This document shows, piece after piece, positions 39,409 through 52,164 of a stretch of DNA of 64,000 nt. The notes below the pieces were generated by a model that had not been told where the DNA came from, searched no databases, and saw nothing but the letters and a program-made list of their open reading frames with translations. This DNA comes from Octopus vulgaris (Eukaryota). The DNA lies in contig OX597823.1 of the NCBI GenBank assembly GCA_951406725.2, forward strand, positions 69,378,001 through 69,442,000, written 5' to 3'. Position 1 is the first letter of the stretch. Each line of letters starts with the position of its first letter. Both the position numbers and the translations under genes were made by a program.

Positions 39409-41984
39409 GGAATAATAATATTAAATTAGAATTTCCTTCATTTGTGAACAAGGGTCAAGAATAATAATTCTAGCTGGTGAAGCGAACACAGAAAGGTTTC
39501 GAATTTGAAGATCTATTAGATTGGAAGAAATTGAACTCCTCGTAGTATTCTTAATTTCGGTATTTTGAATAAGATTTTTAATAGAAAAGCTGAATTATAT
39601 GCATAGGAAATGTTAATATCACTTACTATATATTGATCAAACCCGTGAATTGCCAATCTTTAGTTTGGAATCAACTTGTGTCACATTATCGCCATTAGAG
39701 TAATTTAGTTCACTTCACATATTAAATACGCCATGTTCTAACTGAATTTAGTGGAATTTTAGCATAAACTAACCATGAAAATAAAACATGTGATGACCAG
39801 TATCAATTTAATTGATTATGAGTCCAAATTGACATTCTCATTTGAACATTTTCTCGTGGTTCTAGCAAGTCTTAACCAAGCTAATTAGAACATCAAAAAG
39901 TATTATGTCTCTTCTAGTCCTCTTTATAAAAATATGTATTTAATTTTTTTAATTTAATAACTTCTATGCATTGAGTTAAGAGATCCAACCAGCTAAAGCA
40001 TCAAAATTGTAAAATTTTCAAGTAAACTTCATTGGAACAATGCATCTCTCGAGTACATATCGTAGGCTGATATAAATGGAACTTTAACAATGATGAATTA
40101 CTCGAAATATCTCTTATAGAATTTGAGGCGGTTTTATTTGTAAAATAATGAAAGAAAATGTTTCACGAAATACCACAAATGAAAGTATTAGATACACATT
40201 TAAGTTATATGAAAGCTATACAAATTGAGAGTGTTATAAAGTTATCATTAGATATTTTTAGGTTTAAAATTTACAATAATACATTCAACACCACATTCGT
40301 AGTCAAAAAAAGAAAATTCTATATTAAGAAGTACGATAAATATGATAATCTTTGAAAACTATAAATTAATTTCAGAGCAGTAGAAATGGTATTAATATTG
40401 TTTCTATATCGTTGCTAATAAACAGAAAGAAATGACGATATTCAATCAGAGTAGCCACAAATTGTGCTACTTTTTTTAAACGTAGCAGTATGAAGACTTC
40501 AAATCTATGATGGATTTTAATCGTCATCTTAAATGGAATTATGTAAACAGGTTCTTTATTATGCAAATCATATTAAATTTGCAACTAATTATCTGAAGAC
40601 TGTGAATACTACTGATTACGAGAAATTAATGTTCATTTTAATCAAACACAAATTAAGCTGCAGAATTATACCCCTTGTTCATATGTTATACACATCGACA
40701 CTTTTCCAGTAATTTTTTTTTTTAATTCACAGTTATATTTTAGTAATTATCGTCTGAAAATCTACCTGTCAGTACTTCAAGAATATTAAAAAAAAAAACG
40801 ATAATTTATAGCAAAGTGCAAAATCTCTCTTTGATTTATATATCATATACCGCCAAGTTAAATCTTCGTAAAAGTTTACTCGGACATTCTTCCTATCGGA
40901 CAACTTGTAAAATAGCTGATGCCATTGACTCTCCATTTAAAATTCAAATTAATTCTGCAACATATCGTGGTCCAAAATACTGGCATTAAAATTATACCAT
41001 TATGGTATTCGAGGTATTACAAAGAAGAATTTTAGATGTTAAGAAGCAGATAAAATATATTTAGTTTCAAGTACCGCCACAACTATGGCAATTAATTGTA
41101 GCACAATGTTCATCTAGTTTCTAGTGTTTGGACAAGCCCAGTAACGTTCTACTTAACGTTCTACTTAAACGATATGCATGCAACACGAAATATAATAAAA
41201 GAGATCCAATATATAGATATCGCAATACCGTGTCACGTTCTTTTTTACGTATAGATAATAACGTTAAGTGTGCACATAACATGTTAATGTAATCAACTAA
41301 AAAGACAAAATTCCTTCATTTCGAACTCAGTTACGTTCATCTCTATTCCCTTGTGCAGCCACATCTAAATTAAGATGCATTCTAGCTCGAGGAGCTGTGA
41401 GCAAATTGGTACGAACCGAACAATCGCATTATGCATGAAGAAAATATATTAGACACAGTGCGTGACTGAGAAAATTCTGTATTTGTATATGCATTTGGTT
41501 AAGTATTTCTACTACTACAAATTGGTCGTAGTTGGTGTTTATCAATGCAGTTTACATCTACTTGGTTGGTATTTAGATGCAAATATTCACTAAATCTAGT
41601 AGATGGGTTATCGAACCTTTACCACATCTTTCTATTGTGTATGCGATGCATAAGCTGCTCTAAATTAGCAGGGTTGGCGTAGGATACCTTCACGGTGTGC
41701 CAATTAAAGATAGCATGATACCGATTAGATTTTAAGAAAACACCTGTCCAAAGCAGCAAAAAGCTTTCCAGCGATCTTGGTTGAAACATGCAAACCGAAA
41801 ATCGGGTTGTACCAGAAGACATCGTGATTCCTATATCCTTTATCTGAGTTCTCAAACGGTAATGTTGTGGTGGTATACAATGTGCATCGCATTTGGAAGA
41901 CTTACCAGTGTTGTGTATGCCTGCTTCTTTTATATATTGGATTTTCTCACGGTACCCATCCCTAGCTAGAACAGTATTATAATA

Positions 41985-42625
41985 AGATGCACGAGGAGAT
42001 TCGAAACAGATAATCTACAGATGCTTGTAGAAATATTCTTAACTAGTCCCCGTATAATCGAAGGTGGAAGGTTGGGCGCTAAGTTAGCGTACTTAATATG
42101 ATCATTTGGCTTATGAAATGGTTCAAATAATTCAGTATCAAGATAGAAGATAGCGTCAAGAAAATTCACTCTACGACAATCTTTGCCTATAGTAATTTTT
42201 ACTGCTAAATTTTTGAAATGCCTAAAGTAAATTTTCCCATGCTTTTCTAACTCTATTTTATTACTTCTGTCTAGAAAAAATAAGGCGTTGTCCCTATATA
42301 GACCCCCTGTTACTTCCGGAAAGGAAGACTGGATTAATGAAAGGATATATATTCCGACTGGGTCACTGCCCTGAGCAGAATCATGTTAGCCCATTGCTCT
42401 ATCAAATGCATCCTCCCTATCTAATCTACTCCATAATACACCATCAAAATATACTAGGGTGGCTCGCGCGGGTTGATAGTGGCATAGTAGCTCTCTGTAT
42501 CTAGTTGCAAGAATTTACTAGTCTTACTAATTTCTAGAAGCTTGAATCATCCAACCACCTCTTGGGTATCAGAGCAAATGGATAATCTAATTTTAGACTT
42601 AAGGATGGGTATTAATTACTCTAGC
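41985..42625 (-). pseudogene. Penelope-like reverse transcriptase fragment
   Basis: FLQLDTESYYATI, FDRAMG*HDSAQ..VGIYIL, GGLYRDN, VNFLDAIFYL..PFHKPNDHIKY..NLPPSII. Confidence 0.82.
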
Positions 42626-42632
42626 AATGTAT

Positions 42633-42669
<37 letters not shown>

Positions 42670-42704
42670 ATATATATAAGACCCGGAGACAGATATATAG
42701 ATAT

Positions 42705-43490
42705 GTTACTTTATGGCCACACAGGGCTGAACACAGAGAGGACAAAATACAAAGTAGAGCTTTTCTTTTTGGGAAGAAGAGAAAAAAAGTGGGTCGAATT
42801 CCGATCAAAAGGGATCGTTTAAAAAAAAGGTGGGGACGATCAATAGGGATTGAGTATCACAGAAATGTCAATGGAAAAATGGAAAACGGATTAGGTTTAT
42901 CCGTGGAATGAAAAACATACGGAAAAGACCACGGGAACCTTTGGCAATAGTGTCATGCAAAAAAACACATTACTTAAGTGGATCTCTTTTTTCCTTTCTT
43001 TTTTTTTGCTTTTTGGTTCATAGAATTATGCTCAAGTTGGCTCCGTCATTCACACGTGCCATCCTTGCTACATTCACCCATCTTTTTTTGAAAAATTCAC
43101 TAGACAAAACTTCCCTCTCTACTCTCACCTTCCTCTTCAAGTGATACTTGAAGAAGTTGATGATAGATTCACCAGAGAGGAAAGTGTTTCTCTCTAGACC
43201 TTTCAGGCGCATCCACCATACACATTCATTCGCCATAGCCTCAAGTACGATGTAAATGGCTCTTCATGCCCGTTTGAAGGAAAAAGGCACGACAATATAT
43301 TCACGAAAGACTTGGTTGATAAACTGACTCGTCGCACACGCGATAGCAGTCGTTCGACATAGGCCCATAGGCCGGAAATGGTTGGACACTGCACGAGTGC
43401 ATGCAGAACTGTTTCGTCGCTCTGATCTCATCTCGGGTAGGTCGGCTCCGTGTTTCTAAAGCTGTGTTTGCCGAGTTTATCCCGAGCGGG
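42705..43490 (-). mobile_element. L1/Tx1-clade LINE 3' fragment with 3' UTR
   Basis: DETVLHALVQCP..LWAYVERLL..VWWMRLKG..HLKRKVRVEREVLS..FKKRWV; tail tttgtcctctctgtgttcagccctgtgtggccataaag. Confidence 0.82.
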
Positions 43491-43499
43491 TTGCACTTG

Positions 43500-43800
43500 T
43501 ATTTATTCTATCAGTCACAGTTGCCGAACTGCTAAATTTCGGGGACGTAAACAGTAAAACCGGTTAAGTAGTGATGCGGAACGAGCATAGACACAAAGGT
43601 ATACACTCACACAAACACACGCACATACATACAAACACACACATATATATACATCTACAACGGGCTTCATCTAGTTTCCGTCTACCAAATCCACATACAA
43701 GGCTTTGTTTGGCTCGAGGCTATGCTAGAAGACACTTGCCCAATGTGTTAGGCAGTGGGATTGAACCTGGAACCATGTGGCTAAGAAGCAAGCTTCTTTA
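43500..43800 (-). mobile_element. Bipartite SINE
   Basis: Reverse complement of the modules at 4895-5310. Confidence 0.7.
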
Positions 43801-43924
43801 TTTTATGAAATATGCCATAAAGGCAGTACACAGATGGGACGAAGAAGGACAGACAAGCACAAAGGGTGAAGAAGTTGCTTTTAGTTAAAAATTAATGTTC
43901 GTATGAATGATATGATTACAGACG

Positions 43925-44960
43925 TAATTTTAAAATTTATTTATATAAATATTGTTGCAAAAAGGAACAATTTGCCTCGGAAGGAAAGGAATCCAGCCAT
44001 CTGGGTAGAACCTTTGCTGCCTACCACCGACGCCACTTACCTGGTGCCGGTCACTCTCAACCTGCTTGCTACCAGCTTCCATCTTTTTACAAATGTACTT
44101 AGCGACAGGCACATCTTCTCCAGCCTGATCTTATTAGCTGGTCGCTAAAAAAGTTTACCAACCCCTGCCGGAGACGAAGGTACCTGTCAATATCCGTCTT
44201 ACAAGCGTCTTCCATACTGTTTCTTCCAGTCGGCTACTACGCAGAAAAAAAAACAAGCCTTCCTTTCCCTGTTAAGGGAGGGAGGCGGCACAATCTCGAC
44301 GATAGACTCAGCCGATTATTGTACTCTTCCCATCGATGACAACAGTTGTTCTGCGAAAACTATCAGTCCCTTTAATACCGGACACTCCTCAAATGCGTGC
44401 AAGACGGTTTCCCTTTCTTGCCCGCACCTCGGACATGTCGGCGAGACGGCACTTCCGTGCCTTGACAGTTTGTCTCGAACAAGTAACGCCGCACGGGAGC
44501 ACTGCTAAGCCAGGGATTTCTGGTAATTATGCAGATACCTCGGCCCGAACGTTCTCGTGAACAGGTTGATCAACTGATTTTCATCGTAGCCCAATGTCTC
44601 CCCCAAGACATCTTCGGACATAAAGCCCTCTAACTCGCTATAAATATCCACAGTGGTACTCCTGCTGCCGGCATTGCCCGCCCGAGAGAGTAACTGAAGT
44701 GCTTGACGGCACTCCAATTGCCAGCCTCCCAGCCTAGGTCTCTGCTTGACCCATGCTCCAATTTCCGTTAAGGACGTTAAATGCGGAAGGTAGAACCGGA
44801 CGTGCGGTGACTACACCTGCTTCCCATCCAGGTAAAGCCAGAGGTGCCTCAACCTAAACGCGAGTTTTCGCATCTTCAGCCAAGGCATCCCTAACCCAGC
44901 CGTTAGCAGTTTCTGGCAGCAGACAGCGCTTCACAAGCGGCTTTCCTCCCTTCCACCAAA
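43925..44960 (-). mobile_element. Second L1/Tx1-clade 3' fragment (degraded)
   Basis: GC-rich; ends KIRLEKMCLSLSTFVKRWKLVA, paralleling the C-terminus at 43018. Confidence 0.68.
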
Positions 44961-44962
44961 AG

Positions 44963-45736
44963 CGGAAAGCTCGATAAATGGGTACCTTATGAGCTCAATG
45001 AAAATCAAAAAGTTCGGTCTTTTAATGTGTGCCCGATGCTCTTTCTGCGAAACACCAATGATCTCTTTTTTGACCGAATCATCACTTGTGATGAAAAGTG
45101 GATCCTTTATGATAACCTTAAACGATCAGGTCAATGGCTTGATCGTGAGGAGTCCACCAAACTTTTCCCAAAGCCAAAGTTGCATCAGCAAAAGATTATG
45201 GTGACTGTCTGGTGGTCTACAAATAGTGTTGTCCATTAAAGCTTTCTGGAATCCAATCAGAGCATTACGGCAGAGGTTTACTGCAACCAGTTCGCTGAAA
45301 TACATGCTCACTCGCAAAAAATGAGATCTGCATTGATGAATCGACGTGGCCCAATTCTGCTCCACGATAATTGACAGCTACATGTTGCAAGAATGACGCT
45401 GCAGAAACTCACAGACTTGGGATACGAGACTTTACCACATCCTTCATATTCTCCTGATCTTTCACCCACTGACTACCATTTTTTAAAGCATTTAATCATG
45501 TTTTTAAGTGATAAAACTTTCAAGTTTAAACCAGAGGTGGAATTAGCTTTTGAAGATTTCTTAGCATCAAAGCCAATAAGTTTTTATCAACGTGGCATAA
45601 ATAATCTCGTTGATCGATGGCAGAGATACATAGATGATCACGACTCATACTTTGACTAATCAAAACATTTCTATTGTTAATTTTTCCAGAATAAAATTAT
45701 GTTTCTGAAATCGACCATTATTTTCGGAACAACCTA
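44963..45736 (+). mobile_element. 5'-truncated mariner transposase pseudogene
   Basis: KLDKWVPYEL, IITCDEKWILYDN, KIMVTVWW, LLHDN, HPSYSPDLSPTDYHF; right end cattattttcggaacaacctaa. Confidence 0.92.
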
Positions 45737-47214
45737 AAAAGTTTCAAAGAGAAAGCTACTATAGAAGACTCATAGTACAATAGTAACTGTATAATAACAC
45801 TTTATTCTCCGATTTGAAGCGACAATTTATGAATAGAAACAAATGACTGAAAAATGATGAGCTAACCCCCAGCCAGAATCGAACCCATAAATCAAGCCTA
45901 TATGTATGAGTGTGTGAGTATGTGTGCATGTGTTTGTATGTATTGCTTGTATGTATATATACATATATATTTGCTTGTATACTGAAACATTTAATTTTCT
46001 TTTATTTTCCATTGTTTCGTATATATGTGTTCATGAAAATATAATATATAAAAATAATGCAGGAAAAGTATATAACAGTATCGGAGAATACAACAGAAGT
46101 GAATATAACAATAAAAATGTATTTAAATGTCAGATGTGAGTCTTTCACGATATAAATGTTCCAGCCTGAACACACAATAACGGATCGAGTTACTTGTCAA
46201 GCAAATACAATTCTCAAAGCATTTGTGGTAAACAAAACGAAATGAGAGATGATCTACCGTCATTGCATGATTTATCTTTAGCATCGCCACTCCTAGCAGT
46301 AGTGTTTCAAAACAGTGCAATTTGTTTATCTGAGAAATATTTCATCTTAAAGACTCCACCTCTCCCCCGGGTGGTCTATGTTGAGATATTCAACACCGCC
46401 TCTGATCTCTTGGCTGCCTTTTGTGAAGATCACAGTGTTACAACCGTTCGGGTTGAGAAGGAACGAGCAGAAAAGGGGGGAAAACAAAACTGTATTACTG
46501 ACGTCAATATTAATGACTTATGACGATGATGATCACGATGACAGCAATGATGATGATGATAATGATGATGATGACGACGACGACAATGATGATGATGGGC
46601 AGGGCGGATGGTGATGGTGGTGTACGCTTATGATAACAACAACGAAAACAAAACAATAATAATTCTATTCGTTCAAAGTGGTGATGAATGAGACAAGAGT
46701 ACAATACCGGTAATTAGATAGAAAACAGCCACCGTTTGAGCGGTTGTTTGCCATCCATTGTACAGTCAGTCACGCTCAGAAGCAACATAACTAGCTATGT
46801 CTATTTATGCGAGTGTTCTCAATGAAAGGGAAAATGTCATTTTTCATCTGCACGTTAGTTAGTTTGGCAGCCGTGATTGGAGGCGGAATGGCGTATGCAA
46901 TGTCTCTACAGTTTGCTGAAAATGCAGTTAAAGTGTAGAAGCGGTTTACAGTTGTCTGTTTCTATTACACTTTGCTTACACACACGCACTCTGTTGTTTG
47001 TAATTTAATTTCAGTATTCGTCGAACAGATTTATGCGTTTATCTTTAACTTCTAATACTTTCAGTTATCGGACTGTGGTTATGCTGGGGCATCGACTTAA
47101 AGGGTTTAGTCGAACATACTGACCCCAGTACTTATGTTTGATGAGAGCTAATCTGGGACTAAACAACTGCAGTGAAAATTAGTTTGAAAAGATAAAATCG
47201 AACCTGCGCTGTCC

Positions 47215-47355
47215 CTAAATACCTTGCTTTGCAACCACTTAGTATCGGGTTCAGTCCCACCACGCTGTACATTGGTGAAGTATCTTTTATTATAGTCTCG
47301 GGGTAACCAATACCTTGCGAAGGAATTTGCAGACGGAAACTGTGTGGAAGCCCAT

Positions 47356-47393
<38 letters not shown>

Positions 47394-47441
47394 TATATAT
47401 ACATATGTGTGTATGTATCTATGTACACGTTTATATATATA

Positions 47442-47476
<35 letters not shown>

Positions 47477-47810
47477 GTGTGTGTGTGTGTGTGTATGTGT
47501 GTGTGTGTGTGCGCGCGCGTGTGTGCGCGCGCGTGTGTATATCTATGTACACCTGTATATATATATATGTATGTGTGTGTGTCTATGTATGAATTATGTG
47601 CGGACGCCTTTGTCTCCGTGTGTGTTCACCACTTCTTCTTGAAATGGTGTTGGTTTGTTTATGTTGCCACGACTCAACGCTTAGGCGAAAAGAGATAGAA
47701 GGAATACGAGACATAAAAAAAAACTGTAGTAAGAGCGATTTATTCGATTAAGTCCGTCAAGGTGGTGCCCCATCTTGGCCGCAACTGAATGACTAAAACA
47801 TGAGAGAAAG
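47215..47810 (+). mobile_element. Bipartite SINE with expanded internal (TA)/(GT)/(GC) microsatellite
   Basis: gggttcagtcccac left module, ~230-bp microsatellite, right module ending ggccgcaactgaatgactaaaac. Confidence 0.7.
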
Positions 47811-48077
47811 CAAAGCAGAAGTGTACATGTGCAGTATACTACGTCGTTAGTCGTCATTTTTAACCCTTCGCTGTTCCTCGATTTACTGGAAATAGGGGAC
47901 ATGAATATAGACATTTACTAGAAAGAGTGGTTAGGAATATGCAGACGCTTTTTCAGTTTTGCGGAGGCCTGGACAAGTTTCTTTCAGAAGATTGGTGGTT
48001 ACATATGCGTGCATGCAAATCGCTTCCATAATTTAGTTCTTTCTTTCTCCGTTCTCTCTTCCGGCTCTCTCTCCCGG

Positions 48078-48120
<43 letters not shown>

Positions 48121-48393
48121 TAACTATTTTCCAAAGTCGCCGATATGAGCCCATGCACCACGGCTTAAATTCTGTCCTTTGTATCACGTGACACACATTG
48201 TTCAACGTGTCTTTTTATGAAAACGCTAGCGTGTCAATTAATCCTTAGCATTTCCTGATACGCTGGACAGGGAAAGGGTTAAAGAACACGCTATAGTTTT
48301 GATAAAAAGACATGTTGTTGTACGATGCAGTCCTAGATATGTGAATAGACAGAGTGGCCAAGACTAAAATGGATGTGTTTAATGGTCTATTCT

Positions 48394-48809
48394 TATTTCT
48401 TTACTGCCCACAGGGGGCTACAGGCAGAGGGGACAAACAAGGACAGACAAACGGTTTAAGTCGATTATATTGATCTCAGTGAGTAACTGGTACTTAGCTA
48501 ATCGACCACGAAAGGATGAAAGGCAAAGTCGACCTCGGCGGAATTTGAACTCAGAACGTAGCGGCAGATGTAATACCTATTTTTTTACTACCCACAAGGG
48601 GCTAAACACAGAGAACAAACAAGGACTGACAAACGGATTAAGTCGATTATATCGACCTCCAGTGCGTAATTGATACTTACTTAATCGACCCCGAAAGTAT
48701 GAAAGGCAAAGTCGACCTCGACGGAATTTGAACTCAGAACGTAAAGGCAGACGAAATACGGCTACACATTTCGCCCGGCGTGCTTAACGTTTCTGCCAGC
48801 TCGCTGCCT
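48394..48809 (-). mobile_element. Tandem SINE dimer inside one 18-bp target-site duplication
   Basis: TSD tgtttaatggtctattct at 48376-48393 and 48810-48827. Confidence 0.88.
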
Positions 48810-49216
48810 TGTTTAATGGTCTATTCTATCAGAAATAAGCTGCGACTAAACAAAAGCAGGGACAGCTAAGTGTAATTTCTTTTCTTTGTTTTACAGCAAT
48901 GGAAGCATTTCATTAAGTATCTGAAAATAATTTCATCTGTGAATTATTTTAGCTCTACGTGGAATAATTAATGATCGAATAATGTCAAAAATTATACCAG
49001 TATTAGTTTAACACTAGCAACATTTTACAAAGCCCAAAAGTTAAAAGTGCATGCACTATATCATCCATCCACCCATTCATACATACATACATCGATACAT
49101 AATCCATAAATAAACATTTAAGTTAATCTTTTTTATAAAGTTATCTATAGATACACAGATATAGAAAAAATACAGCACCTCATCTCTAGCTGTTATCATC
49201 TAGCTGTTATCATTCC

Positions 49217-49266
<50 letters not shown>

Positions 49267-50512
49267 TTTCTCTCTCGCTCTTTCATGCTCTCTCTCTCTC
49301 TCGCTCGCTCGGTCTCTTGCTCTCTCTCATACTTTTTCTCTTATACACACAGGCATATATACACACATATACTTACATATATGTATGTATGTATGTATTT
49401 ATCTATCTATATATAGACACCCGCACGCACACATGGGCACACGCAAATACACACACACACACACACATATAACTATACATACATTCAACCTACATACAAG
49501 TTGGTGAGAAAGTTGAATACTAAGATTCGACTTCCAACTACATCACTCTCAAACCACCACACATTACCACTTTAAAGAAAAAAGGACAAATTGCACATTG
49601 TAGATCTGGATACACAGAAAACATCTGTGAGACATATTTGGCCATATTTCTGTTGTTCAGCGATAACTTGTGGTGAAACAAGATACAACATTTAAGAGCT
49701 GGATTTGGGGAATCGGGAATAAAATATCGAGAAATCAAGAATACTATTGTAGATTGAATTTTGTGATGTAATAAAGGTTTTATACGCAGCATAGCTTTTT
49801 CCCATTGTAGAATTTTAACGTACGTTTTCCTAGACATTGAAAAACATTAATCTGATTACTAGCTTGGTAGCATCAGTAAATTCTTTATTACACGTATTGT
49901 AATGTAATATATTGTTAAAGTAAGCAGATTCTCGAAAACCGAGTTATCTAATACAATATAAATCTAGCGGATAACATAAGGCTAAATTCAAAACAACGAT
50001 TTTAGCATTTAAAACACTTAAGTAGATATCAATAAAAGAAGCAGGTTTTGTAAAACCATTTCGCACAAAGCAATAGTATACAAATTAAAAGAAATGAAAT
50101 CCAAAGTGAAGGGCAACGACAACAATCCAACAAAGATAACTTGGAAACCTTAAGAAAGAAACGGATATATAACACATTAAGTTGTAATTAATATATACAA
50201 TCCTTGACGAGAGTGACGCAAAAGGAACACAAAACAGTCCTGATATATCAGAACATTGGGAAATGCTTCAAAAGGAAAGAAGAACACAAGGAATTCTCTA
50301 CAGCCCCAAATAGAGAATAATGTGTTACCAAAATAAAAATGCTAGGGAACCTTAAAAGTGATCGATATTTCTGTGAATTCTCCTACAAATTCTATTTCAT
50401 CGTCTTAAATAAGTAATGAGTAACATTAAACAGTGTTGTCCATAAAAAAGCTGGTTAGAATCCTGCTCAATCTAGAAGGTTGACGATAATAATAGCATAT
50501 AGAACAGATCTC

Positions 50513-50551
<39 letters not shown>

Positions 50552-50599
50552 ACACATACACCCAAACACAGACACACACGTACACAAGCATATACACTT

Positions 50600-51005
50600 T
50601 TACATTTTACTTGTTTCAGGCAATAGACTGTGACCATCCTGGGACACAACCTTGAAGAATATTAGTCGAGCGAATAGACCTCAGTACTTGGTTCCTTTTT
50701 CAGCTTGGTACTTATTTTATGCATCTCTTTTGCCGAACCGCTAGGTTATGGGTACATAAACACACCGACATCATTTGTCAAGCGGTGGTAGAGGACAGAC
50801 ACAAAGGCTCACGCGCGTGCTTGCACGCACACGCACACATATCCTACGGGTTTCTTTCAGTTTCCATCAACCAAATCCACTAACAAGACTTTGATAGACC
50901 CAAAGCTATAGTAGAAGACACTTGCCCAAAGTGCCACGCAGTAACACTGAACCCAGAACTATGTCTTTGGGAAACAAACTTCTCACCACACAGTCACGAC
51001 TGCGC
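50600..51005 (-). mobile_element. Bipartite SINE
   Basis: Both modules present on the reverse strand. Confidence 0.78.
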
Positions 51006-51008
51006 TTA

Positions 51009-51074
<66 letters not shown>

Positions 51075-51692
51075 TAAATGGATATAGATATATAAATCAG
51101 TTCTATAGTTGTTATTATCGTCGAGCCTCACCACACTATCTCTGTCTCTTTCTCTTTCTCTCTATCTCCCCACGCACACATACACACCCACATTAATTAA
51201 CTGCGAGAAAACAGGATAAGAAAAAAGTCATTCATGAGAATGCGAAATTAATATACAGAACTTAACAAAAACAATTCGGACTCGTGAAAATAAACTGAAA
51301 TACTAAATCAGTAAATCCTTTGAGGATCGGGATTAAAAACAAAACATAAGAAACAAGATAAAACAAAAGAAGAATATCCAAAACAATAAACTGTAGCAAA
51401 ATTTTCATAGACAGACGATTCGAAAAACCATTTAAGCAATGCATACGGGAAGGGCTTAGTCAATACCATGGAGCCCAGTACTTAAGAGCTACTTGTTTTA
51501 TCAGTTCTGAAAGGATGAAAGGTTAAATTGATCCAGGCGGTATTTAAAATCACGGAGCAGAAAGTTTATTAAATATAAATGAAAAGAGTGAACCAAATTA
51601 AAATAATACATAAATAAGATAGCGTTATATTTCGGGATGGTCTTTTTAAAAAATTATTTGCCAAAAATACACACAAACTTAAATAAGATAAG

Positions 51693-52050
51693 CAATATTC
51701 GTAGCCACTTTAACATGGCTGTCCGTTCGAGCAGACTCTACTAGGATATTTTAACTCCGAGAGGACATCTCTTCTAGCTTGTTAACGATGCACAGCTGCA
51801 TCCGATAAAATTGTGAGCAAGGGAGCGATCTTCTACCATCTCATAGCGACGGGGACCAGTAGATCAGTCCTGGTTTCTGCTATTTCTGCCATTCCTCAGA
51901 TGTGCATCGTTAACCAGCTAGAAGAGATGTCCTCTTGGGGTTACAAAATCGCAGTAGAGTCCGCTCGAACGGACAACCATGTTAAAGGGGCTACGAATAT
52001 TACTTGTCAGTACAACTACTGCGTTGATCTCTTAGAGAAATTTTAGAACA
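51693..52050. repeat. Inverted plus direct partial copies of the hammerhead-bearing repeat unit
   Basis: ~51693-51898 is the reverse complement of ~54009-54215; ~51897-52050 is a direct copy of ~54110-54262. Confidence 0.88.
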
Positions 52051-52092
52051 AGCATTTTTGCTTATTGAAAAATCAGCGACTGTGTGCTCGCT

Positions 52093-52159
<67 letters not shown>

Positions 52160-52164
52160 TATTG

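Noticed and set aside
41619-41880. IKDIGITMSS motif suggesting a LINE RT thumb remnant
   Set aside because: Single weak motif, too degraded to classify
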